DNA of 64,000 nt from assembly GCA_964036045.1 (NCBI GenBank), contig OZ038378.1:7688001-7752000 (forward strand), in the 5' to 3' direction. Positions 35,752-46,459 of the stretch are shown here, one piece after another. Source of the DNA: Eutreptiella sp. 'Long Island Sound 2002'. Its lineage: Eukaryota > Protista > Euglenida. Position 1 is the stretch's first letter. Every line of letters starts with the position of its first letter. The notes under the pieces are model-generated. The model made no database searches and was not told where the DNA came from. It saw only the letters and a program-made list of their open reading frames with translations. Both the position numbers and the translations under genes were made by a program.

Positions 35752-38700
35752 GGGGCGGACGTGAGGGGGCCTGTGGGACGTCGTCCGAGGGCTTGGGGGG
35801 CCGCGGCTTAAGGGATGGCGTGCCGGGCTATGGAGCCCCCGTGGACTGCGTGGCCCTGGCGTTGGACCGAATGATGAGCCCCCCAAAACCTCAAGCCTCA
35901 CCCCCCCCCCTCCCCCCACACCCGCGTCGGATGGGCCTGAACAGGGGGCCTCCACCACCAGGAACCGCTTCGGCGGATGCCTCCCCTGGGGAAGGTGCGA
36001 TCCGGATGGGGCAGCAGTACCACTGCCATACCAAGTGCTACACACCCGGAGCCGCGGTGAGTGTGATGTCCTCTGGCAAACCTCACCAGTCTCAATACGT
36101 GCAGACCTGGTCCTGTGGTCTAGTGGTTCGGCCCTGACCTCGTGCATCATGTCTTGGACTGTGCACCGCCGCCTGTGTGCCTCAGCCGCTGCGGCACGAT
36201 GTGGGACCTGCGGTGACTGCCACTGCTTGCGGGTGAGCGCGGATACTCCACTGACTGCTTTGCGTGGGGCACGCCATGCCCCCCGGTCAGGACCATGGAA
36301 TGACATGGTGTGTGTGTGTGTGTGTGTGTGCGTGAGTGTGCCCCGGCGGAGTGCGGATGGGCCATTCATGTCCCGTGTGACGTGCTTTGCAGTGGACGCC
36401 GCGGTGCACCAGCTCACTCCATCCCCGGCCACACGGGCATGTGCCGGGGATGATCTCGATGCCGTTTGGGGGGCACAGGACTCGCATGCGATTTTGAGGG
36501 CCGGTGCGCCCCTTCTTGTGTCGTCCCACGTGCATTCCAGGCGCCCTCCTCGGGTCTGCACAGATGCGCTCAGGACGAAGTCCGCTCCGGGGCCTCTGCC
36601 GACCCGACCCGCACGGGGCCGGCGTCCGTCACACGAAGAGAGCACAAGTCCTAAAGAAGGGGGTGGGGGGGGGGGGGGGGCACAAAGTTGGGCCCGCACC
36701 GATGCAGAGTGCAGTGCCTTGTCCCCCCCCCCCCTTCCCCCGGGCGGTGTGCGGGGGGCGGCGCGCGACGGGGGAGGGGGTCGCCTTGAGGAAACGAGGG
36801 GCGGGTGGCGTCGTGGTGGTGCGCGGAAGGCGGGGTGGCGGGGGCCTGCGGTGTCGGTTTGCTTGTGCGGGGGGCTTGAGGGGGGCTGTGGTGAAGTGCA
36901 GGGCTGACGGGGGGGGGGGGGGGGGGGGACGGAGTTCGGCGAGGGGTTGGGGTGTGGGGGCAGGGGGAAGCTTCGTCTGTCCATGGCATGTGGCTGCACC
37001 CCATCGAACATGATCGGCAATCACGGCCAATAGGACGAGGGGGAGACGGGCTTGTTCTCGGGAGCGTGACTGCCGGTCGGCAGTGTGGTAAGTGGGCGCC
37101 ACCCTGTCGCTGCTGGCCCCTGCTGCTGCACAATTTCCCGATGCACTGAATGGTCACAGTCAGCCCTTCGACGCTTGCAAAGTGCCCTCCCCCCCCCCCC
37201 CGAAACAACAATACAGAGGATACGCCGGCATTCATCCTTGGCAAAGACATACCACATCCGTGCACACCACGGGGCATACCCATACATAACCCCATACACA
37301 CCACCGCAGTATACCTCACCTCAACATCAAACCCAAGCCACATCCACTACGATACCACACATCGTCTGCCATCCCCAACCGTCCCTCTGGAAACGGCAGG
37401 TTGTCCGTAAATCGGAGGTTTGCCTGCGGGCGATGTCGGGCGATGTGGGCCACAGGGGCCGGCCACGTTTGGGGTCAAGTATGCCTCGGGTGGCGTCACA
37501 ACTCTCGGCGCCGGAGTCTCTCTGACGTAGGGATTTATGGACCATCTTGTGCAGGGGGGTTGCTGGGGTCGATGGACTTGCCAGCCTCGGGTGTTGGGCG
37601 ATGGGTGTGTGAGGCATTCGATGTTCCCTGTTGCACCGGTTCACTTCATCCCTGGCCACAAGGGCATGTGACGGGGATGAGCATTGCTGATGATCACGAT
37701 GCCATTCGGGGGCACAGGACCCGCAGGCCCCGCTAAGGGCCGGCCTGCGCCTTCTTGTGTCGTACCATGTGCCGCAGCCACTCCAGCCGCACTCCTTAAG
37801 TCTGCACCGATGCACTCAGGGCAAAGTCCGCTGTATTTAAGTGTGCCATGTGCCTGAACAGCCGCTCCCAGTGTGGTCATGGGTACCACAGCATGCGGTG
37901 TGCGCGTCAGCCGTGATCACTGGTCGGGACCGGTGCAGCAGCGGGTGCCCATACTTTGCATGTTGAGATTAGCGTTGCGCGGCAACGGCACTTCGGTCTT
38001 GTATCCAGTCGCTGTTGAATTCCTCAGACTGACAAGGAGGAGGAATGAAGCGTGCGGCCAACAGGCTGGTAGCTCCTCAAGTTGCTGGGAACTGCGGCCC
38101 CACGCTTTTACCCAACCCACACCTGCGGTCTATGCGGCAGCGGCTGCCAGTCCCCAACATTGCGCATGGATTTCGGTTTTCTCCATCTTCTGCTCGCTGC
38201 CCAAAGCAGATCCCAATGAAGCGACATGCCCTAGCGCTTTTGTAAATAATTCTGATGTTGGGATGTAAGACAAACCCCACGCCGCTTCATGCCTCCGTAC
38301 TGAGCGCTGGTTTTTTGTAGTATACTTGGACAAGAAGACGCCATGGCGAAGCGCCATAAGGACCTCTGGTCCGCTAAGGATGGCTTCTTGATGGGCGGGG
38401 AAGCACGTGGTGCCGATGCTGTTTGCGTCTTTGTGCTTCAATAAAGCACAGAGTTTGCGACCAGGAGTACCTTCCTTTTGGATGATTTGATGGTGTAGTG
38501 TTGCCCATATTGTGGCATTGACATCGTCCTTCTTGACTGAAAGGTCAGCGCCTCAGGCGAACACCGCTTGACGGATTGATTGTTTGAGTACCTGTGCGTT
38601 GGTGTGGCGTGATCTGTTTCAGGGAAAGCGATGCCCAATGGAGGCTGCATTCTCTGTAGGTGGTTGCTCGATGCTACGCTGGGCTCACAGAGCGGAATGG

Positions 38701-39550
38701 CGTCTGCGGTACCAGTGATGAGGATTTTGTTGTGCTAGTACGGTGTGCTTGTTACTGAGGCCAAGCACCCTACGCCTCTCCGTACGCAGGGGCGTGCCTT
38801 CTGGACAGGCATCCCAATCAAACCCACAAAATGCCCCCCCCCCCCCCCTGCCGTCAGCAGGTCTGCAACCCCCCACAGACACCAGCTGCCTTTGCACTAT
38901 AATCGATTGGTTTGAGACCCCTCAACTGTGGAACCCCATCAGGTGGCCCATCCACTTACCTCCAAAAACCCGTGGTACCTCCCAACAGACCATTCCAGCA
39001 CTTCCATTCCACCCCCTGAGCAGCCCACCTAGAAACATCATTGTTCCCCTCCTCTCCTCCCCAGCAACGACCTCAACTGCCCCCCAAAAACTAGGAAGCC
39101 CAAGTAGGCCCCCAAACACGGGGGGGTCGCCGGGCCCGGGTCCTTTACGCCGACCCCCCCCCCCCCCCCCCACCCTCTCTGTTGGCCCAAATTTCAGCCA
39201 CCACAAAGTGAGGGTGCAGGCCGTGGGCTGGTTCCCCTTGGGGACCAGGAGGGTTACCATGTGGGTCCCAAATCCCAACAAACTCGTCGTTCGGCGTCCG
39301 TCCCCTTTCCGCGAGGGGAGGGACCTCGATCACCATGTGTCGGCCTGCAGTGAGGGTGCGAGGGCATGCTGGGGGGGGGTGCCGGGCCTGCTTTCGGGCC
39401 GGCCCCCATTGCTGTTAGGGGGGGGTAGGGGCAGCAAAAGGTCTGCTCCCATGTTTCAGCAGGTGGTCTTCCTCCCCCAAACAAATGAGCACCACGAGCC
39501 ACTGAACGGACAGGTAGACCCATCCACCACACTAAACCCCCGCCCCCATG

Positions 39551-39970
39551 ATTAGTACCCTAGGGTACTAATTTCAGCAGACTGCTCAATAAGGCCGGGG
39601 GGGTACTAAATATGGGGGGGTACTAATTTTGGGGGTGGGAACTAATTTTGGGTGTCTGCGATGTTGTAAACCCTGTGTGCCTGCAATGTTGTCTGTTGAG
39701 TCTTTCTGTTGGCTGCATGGAACATTCAGATTCTGAGTCTGATTTTGAGCTGCAGGCGGTAGACCCAGGACTTACTGATTTGTCTGATGAACTTTTTGAG
39801 ACATCTTCGGACATTTGCAGCTCTGAGAAGTGTGCCCCGGATTTCTTCATGTTCCGTTTGCTTGGGAGGCTCAAGGGGGGTACTAATTTTGGCAGACTGC
39901 TCAATAGGGCCAGGGGGGTACTAAATATGGGGGGGTACTAAATATGGGGGGGGTACTAAATATGGGGGCG
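39551..39970. repeat. 22-bp perfect palindrome followed by ~310-bp-spaced direct repeats built from GGGGGTACTAA units
   Basis: ATTAGTACCCTAGGGTACTAAT at 39551-39572. GCAGACTGCTCAATA.GGCC.GGGGGG(G)TACTAAATATGGGGGG occurs at ~39577 and ~39892. Confidence 0.85.
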
Positions 39971-40599
39971 GGGGTTTAGCCCCCCCCCCCCCCCGCCTGC
40001 GCCCCCGACGGGAGGGGTGCACGGAGTCGGCGCCCTCAGGGCCTGAAAAGTGGAGGCTGTGAAGGGCTCACAGCTTGACCATTGTGGGTATCCCTTGAGC
40101 GGCCTGCCCAGGGAACCTCCAGGTGTGCGCGCGCCCCTCCAACTTCATCACAGACGCCTGGGCCAGCACAGCCCCGTGCACTCCAGTGCAGTTGTGGGCG
40201 AACCCCGGAGGCCAGACAGCCACCTGCCGACCCCTGCCCCCCCCCCCCCCCCCCCCCGGCAACGCAAGCCCACCGGGGGCCGCGCGCTCAAGGGAGTGAC
40301 CACGGCAGTAAGTCCCAGCGTGCTGGCACTGAGAAGCGAGCAGGGGAGAGACTCCTTCCCTCGCGTAGCAACCCAACCAGAAAAGGGACGCACCACGTCG
40401 TCAAGCGCCCGGACCAAGCCGGGAGAAGGGGGCCAGCAAGGGGCCCTACGCACCTCCACCCAACACGGGACACCACCGTCAACCCAACAACAACTCGCTC
40501 CTATGTTCAGGTGGTCCGGGGAGTCGCGCAACGAAGTGGGCGGCCAGCGACGGTAAGAGGCCCACCCCACGTCACCCGCTACATCCTACTCCCCCGTGC

Positions 40600-41193
40600 A
40601 CCCACGCATCCCCCACAACCCCCGTCCGCGCAGCAAAGGCATGAAGGAGAGGGTAGGGGGTTTGTGTTGCGCTCGCCAAAGGATGGACTGAGCGCGGGAA
40701 CTTGGAGGAGAAAGGTTGTTATGTGCCCCCGTCGGGGAAACGACCCCGCAAGTGGCCATCCCAGGGCCCACCAGCCGCCGTTGGGGAGAGGTACCTCACC
40801 GCCGGCTTGGGATGGCCGCTTGGACGCACCTGGCCAACGGCGAAGGCATTTGCCTTCCTCTGCGTGGACTCGACGCAGAGAAGTGAAACAGGGCAAGTCC
40901 GGGGGCTCCGTTGGCACAACCGACCAAGGGAAAGGGAAGGGAAGGAGTGTGGTGAGGCCGATGGGCACGGTGGCCTACAGAGGGAAAGGCCAAGGGAAGG
41001 GAAAGGGGAGGGGAGAGGGAAGGTTAGGGCAAGGAGGAAGAGGAAGGTCAAAGGGTGGTGAGAAGCTGATGGGCACCACCGCCTATGGAGGGAAAGGGTC
41101 CAAGGGAAGGGCAGCGAATGGCGATCGGCCAGTAGGCGCCGCCAGCTGCAGACGAGATCATCACACCATGGCGTCATGCCAAAACCCCCCCCC
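40600..41193. mobile_element. Dispersed purine/G-rich repeat element (longer copy), ending in a poly-C tract
   Basis: Its 3' ~255 bp is nearly identical to 46077-46332. Its 5' part (~40670-40850) is a diverged match to 42200-42385. Confidence 0.75.
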
Positions 41194-42181
41194 CTCAACG
41201 GAGAGGCCCATTCGGGTGTGGTGCCCTCTGGGCCCCCTCGTCTACGCGGGCTGTAGCGCCGCAGCCAGTGTAGCCAGCACCGGTGGCACCCAGGGCAGGG
41301 AAGCACTCTCTGCACCTTGGGGCCCCTCCACCTGCCCGGGGTACGCCCTCGGCCGTGGGGAGCCGGACCCAGCCCGCGTGGCAGCAGCACCTGTGCCGAA
41401 GGCAGTCAAGGAGTGCGGGTCTGACCCCAGTTGTGCCACGTACCACCACCATCCCGTGCAAACAGGCAGTCGTGGAGTGGTTGGATAGCTTGTCCTTGTG
41501 ATGTGGAGGTTGCGAGCCCAGGCCCACATCTCCCCCGGTGTGCTCAGCGTCAGGCTCTCCAGCCTCCCTGCCAGGGCCTGGAGCACCAGGCACACAATTC
41601 CCCGCGCCATGTGCGCCAACGCCGAACAACAATGGAGCAAGCAGGTGTGCCACAGCCCCCCCCCCCCCCCCCAGACACACAAGGGCACATACACACAGGC
41701 ACGGCGGCATCTCCCGCCCGCGAGCGCCACCGCGGGGTCTGGGGGCGGTCAACAGTCCGGTAGGCCTTGTGACCGGACACCCGGGTACAGCCGCCCAGGC
41801 GGCACGGACCGTGGGTAGGCGACTAGGTGAGGCCTTCACCCAACCCAACCCAACCCCCCCCCCCCCCCACCCTAGAAATTGGCACCAAAGTGCCAGACCA
41901 TCGGCGCCAAAGGCGCTGAAAGCACTTTTTTCCTGATGTGGCAAAAGGTAAAAAGTTGTGTTTTCACCCCATGTGTCTACAGTCAATATACTCGGAATTT
42001 TCAGGAGAAATCAATAATGGGCAAAAATGGGTATTTTTTTAGTCTGCCCGAAATAAATATCCCACCTCTGAGCAGAGTTTCTCACAGATGGCCACTACCC
42101 TAGTTGGTGGGACAATGTACTGACAAACAGAGGGCCCTTGGTTCAATTCTCAGTGGAAGCAAAAGCACACTGTGGACATAA

Positions 42182-42607
42182 GGGGGGGGGGGGTAGGGCC
42201 CACATGATGTGCTCGCCACAAAAGTAGGACTGAGCATGGGGTTGGACATGCAAACGGTTATTATGTGCCTCCGTTGGGGAAAAGACCCCGCAAGTGGACA
42301 TCCCAGGGCCCAAAAACCGCCGTTTGGGAGAGGCCCCTCACTGCCGGTTTGGGATGACCGCTTGGAGGCACTTGGCCAACGGGTTTTTCCCCCATAGCTC
42401 ACCAAGAGGCTACTATGCAAAGGCAGATGACATGCAGCCAATTCTGATTTTGTCCCCCTTGTTGGGGTCCTGAGAACGCAGGGGTTACGTAGCATTCCCG
42501 CCCACTTGTGGGCCCCCGTGAAGGCAGGGGTGAGGCAGCCAATTCTAATTTTGTCCCCATTAAACCTCCTTAAACAAAAGTACCACCTACCATCCCCCCC
42601 CCCCCCC
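42182..42607. mobile_element. ~425-bp composite element bounded by a G-run+TAGG on the left and CCTACCAT+C-run on the right (homopolymer-tipped inverted ends)
   Basis: Left end: G-run followed by TAGG. Right end: CCTACCAT followed by a C-run. The interior contains a copy of the 40670-40850 repeat and ~1.5 units of the ~103-bp repeat also found at ~56010 and 59060-59365. No TSD seen. Confidence 0.5.
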
Positions 42608-44111
42608 TGTTGCAATATCTTTTGCCCCTACATCTGCACCTCCAAGTGATCAAAGCAATGAGAAGGCCATTTCAAGCCATATATGTAGGGGTCCGGAGCC
42701 CCCCCCCCCCCCCACTCTTGCTGGCCCCCTAACCCCCCCCACCCCCCCCATACCCTGAAAGTGGCACGGAAGCGGGAAGGATTCGGCGTATGGCCCGTTG
42801 CTGCGAGCCCCCGTGCCCCCAAACCTCCTTCATGGAAGCACCGCTCTAACGCACAGCGACATCCCCTCCCACCTTACCCCCTCAGGCCGGTCTCCGGCCC
42901 CCTCTCATGCACCCATCGGATAGTTGGCGCGCCTGGCACACTACCGATTTTTTCATTTGCTCAATGTTGTTCAACGGCTGATGTCCCCCTTTTGTGTTTT
43001 GTCAACCACTAACTATAGATTGTGATGTATTTGTAACAGAGGGACAGTCCAGCTAACATACAAACATTCAAGTCGGGGTAGAGGGTCATCACTGGGAGCT
43101 TCGGCGAATTGTTGGGGGGTGAAGACAGGTTTAATCACAGAGGGTCAAAGGGGACTCCAATGGGGGGGGGAGAGGCAGAAGTACCCCAAAGCAGAGAAGG
43201 CGCCCTTGCAAGGGTTGAGAAGGTCGTTTTGCTATCCTTGTCATGCGTGAGAGTCTTATTTCGCTGAAATGCCCTCGCCCATCGCTATAGTAAGCACAAT
43301 CCATAGCTTCCCTGCACCCCACAATAGGGACTTGAGAAGGCAGGGGTATCGTTTGTTGCATTTTGCACAATTTTGTATTCGGAGGTAGGTCGATCACCTC
43401 CCCTTTGTGGCCCGTGCAAGCATGTGCCCCCTTATGTTTGGAAGGCTATTGATACAAGCAATTCAGCTACCACACAAGACAACGGAGGGGATGAGGTTGT
43501 CGTTTGTGCTTTGTGCCGCCGGAAGCGCACCACCACTTCGTGGTGCCCGCAATAAAAATTAATGCGCGTCCTGATTTTGACCCCCTCACTTGTGGGGATG
43601 AAATTGTCTATTAGGCACAACACATGTTGCACGTGTTTGTGCAAAGCGTAGATTTGTTCTGTGTTATGTGCTATGTGCTCTGTAGGGATGGGCTTGACTT
43701 TGATTGTGCTATGCTTGGGGAGGGCAAAACTAGGGCTAAAGTCGGGATATGTGGAACAAAAGTAGCATGCCGGGCAAACACTGCCTCGAGGATTGTGCCT
43801 GGCATAGTCAACCGCTAGCAGTGACCGGTCAACCGGCGGTCCTCCAGCCACCCAGCTGCTTTCGTGAGCCAGCCAATCCCCGATTGTCAGCCGTCAACTG
43901 CCGACCCTTTCTGGTGAACTGTCAATTATCATCGGCTCAGGTCATCACCGTTGCTGAAGTACCAACCACTGTTGGCTGGCACCTCCCCAGTACCATGCAC
44001 ACTGTGCCTTCGGGTTCCCTGTTGCACCCATGGGCCAGAGTCCCAGTGCGGACGTCGATGGTCGACAGTGAGGCACGATGGGCTGAGCCCTGCCCTGAAA
44101 ACATGGTCCAC

Positions 44112-44144
44112 TGTTGTTTCTTCCCATTGTCCATCTTTTTTGAG
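44112..44144 (+). promoter_or_regulatory. Candidate polypyrimidine tract + AG trans-splice acceptor for the channel gene
   Basis: TGTTGTTTCTTCCCATTGTCCATCTTTTTTGAG, ending 8 nt before the ATG at 44153. Confidence 0.5.
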
Positions 44145-44152
44145 GGAGCGTC

Positions 44153-44611
44153 ATGATTGCCGCCATCAGCCACGCCGTGCGTGCAGCGCGGCGGCGGCAA
44201 GGCACTGCCCCCGCCGATGCCCCCGGGTCTCCCCGATGGGATCTCGAATTCACCCCCGAGCAGTGGGCGGCGGTTGACAAGCTGGTGGCAGGCCGCACGA
44301 TGTCGCAGCGCCTGGTCGCGTACTTCTACAACTCCCCGGCCATCCAAATCACTGTCGCCGCCCTCATCTTCGCGAACTTCGTGGTCAGCGCTGTGCAGAG
44401 CCAGTTGGTGCCGGCCGAAGGGTCTCCCGCGATGCACGTGTTCACGGTGCTGGAGTGGGTGTTCAACATGGTGTTCCTGGTGGAGCTGGTGGTGAACATG
44501 TTTGGGCACTGGTTCTGGCTGTTCTGGGGCTCGGCATGGAACTGGTTCGACTTCATCATCGTCGCCGCGTCGCTGGTCGCGCTGTTGTTGCCGAATCTGC
44601 CGGGCATCCAG
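44153..44611 (+). CDS. Single-domain voltage-gated cation channel (BacNav/EukCat-type), exon 1: N-terminus and S1-S3
   Basis: IQITVAALIFANFVVSAV (S1), FTVLEWVFNMVFLVELVVNMF (S2 with conserved E/F/E), WNWFDFIIVAASLVALL (S3 with conserved D), ending LPNLPGIQ. Confidence 0.9.
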
Positions 44612-46459
44612 GTCCTTGAGGTCAAGGTAGAGGTAGGACAGACCCCGCGGCACCAGCAAACCGTCGCGGGTCCGTTCCGGCGCACGGGCTCAGCTCAACC
44701 CCAAATTCGACCTCTCGGGCTATGGTACGTCGCCATGCCCAAGGGTCTTCCAAACGGGCCATGACCAGCCCTAGGCCACAGGCTGCAATCGACGTCCCTT
44801 TTCATCCCCGCGCTCGTCCCATTCCGCTCAGCCAAATCCGATGCACTTCGCACCCGAAAACACTTTTTCGGCTCAAAATTGAAAAAAAATTTGTGATCTT
44901 GAACCCGAAAAAAGGGGGTCTTTCGACCCCCTCCCCGCCTGTCCCCCTCCCCCACAAAAGTGGGCTTCGGGTGGCGCGTGGGGGGGGGGGGGGGGGCTAG
45001 GGGGGGTCCCAATCACAAACTGAGTGAGGAACGTGTTTATTGGACACAATAATGATTTTACAAGGGGTTACTATGCCCCCCCCCCCCCCTGAGGGGGGAA
45101 CATATATGGGACAACGCCACGTGCCCCCCATTCGCGTGCCCTACCCCAAGGGGTTGGATTATTGGTGTATCCCCATCTGGAATGAGGAATCGTGCCCACC
45201 CCCTGTCGCGGCCCCCTGCACCCGGAAGCAAGAACCACGGCCTGGGCACACTTGTGAATGCTGCGTCCGTCAGGTTCCGCTGATCCCATGTTTGAAGCCC
45301 AGCGCTAGCCCGTTCGCTGCAATCAGAACATGTCTGGTGGTTTGGCTGGTCAATGGACCATAGGAATAGGAATAGGAATTCCACTTTTGCCCACAAAATC
45401 CGCCCCACCCACCCCACGTCCACCCTCCCCCGGAGCCACAAGCAGCCTGGCACGCCTCCACGAAACCCGAAACACATGATGCCAGAAGCACCAACCCGCA
45501 GACCTAACCCCCCTCCCCCCGGCTTTGGCTCCCCACACCCGCCATGACGGGGTGCTCGAGGCAGCGGTGCCCAAGCGCCGGCAGGTCCAGTGAGCTGCAC
45601 TTGATGGATCTAGGAGAAACATGGGCGTCGTACCATAGGGGAAATCCCTGCATGGCAAGAAGCCCTGGTTAGCCCTCCCCCGGGCGCCCGTCACTCAGTT
45701 GTACAATACGTACACCCCTCCTCTTGTGCAATACCTCATCTTGGGCGTCAGACAAGTGGATTAGGCACCGCGTATGGACTTCGTCTAGGCCCTCTGGCGT
45801 GGCGGCTTTGCGGTTCTTCGTCTAGGCCTTCAGGCCCCAACGTGTTGATGCCAGCGGGTGGGGCAGTTCCAAAATGAGGACATTCTCGCGGTGGCGTCAG
45901 GGGCTGACTCCCCACCTCTCGCAATTTGTGCACCCACCCCCTCCACCCCCAACCCGCTGGGCGGACCACCAACCCACCAATCCACGAGTGGAGGGTTCCC
46001 TCAAAAGGTGAACAGGTACGTACATCCGGAAGTACCAACCAGCATACTCAGCCTTGATGCCCCCCCCCCCCCCCGGGGGAAGGGAAGGAGTGTGGTGAGG
46101 CCGATGGGCACTGCGGCCTACAGAGGGAAAGGCCAAGGGAAGGGAAAGGGGAGGGGAGAGGGAAGGTTAGGGCAAGGAGGAAGAGGAAGGTCAAAGGGTG
46201 GTGAGAAGCCGATGGGCACCACCGCCTATGGAGGGAAAGGGTCCAAGGGAAGGGCAGCGAATGGCGATCGGCCAGTAGGCGCCGCCAGCTGCAGACGAGA
46301 TCATCACACCATGGCGTCATGCCAAACCCCCCCGGGGTGTGTGTGTAGATTTTCAACGAAGTAGCATTGCGGCCTCAGGCTGGCATTGTGCCGGGTGGTT
46401 TGGCTGCCGACGCCAAAGCCCTCCTCCTGCCCCTTGTCTGGTCTGCCTCCCTTGTCCAG
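44612..46459 (+). other. 1848-bp intron (GT...AG reading) with complementary ends and a junctional direct repeat
   Basis: Splicing gives the in-frame sequence LPGIQ|VLRLFRAFRVLRVFKR. TCCAGGTCCT is present at both junctions. The 5' CAAGGTAGAGGTAGGACAGAC pairs with the 3' GTCTGGTCTGCCTCCCTTG. The exact junction can slide. Confidence 0.75.
46077..46332. mobile_element. 5'-truncated, near-identical copy of the 40935-41190 element inside the channel intron
   Basis: Base-for-base match GGAAGGGAAGGAGTGTGGTGAGGCCGATGGGCAC...GCGTCATGCCAAA with only a few substitutions. Confidence 0.92.

Noticed and set aside
35251-37020. 589-aa minus-strand ORF
   Set aside because: It is a GC-rich, low-complexity antisense frame overlapping the GNAT CDS and homopolymer or microsatellite tracts, with no domain.
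40082-41488. 468-aa plus-strand ORF (contains SYVQVV and GKG repeats)
   Set aside because: It runs through at least two unrelated repeat insertions. At most it is a LINE ORF1-like scrap, and it cannot be supported as a gene.
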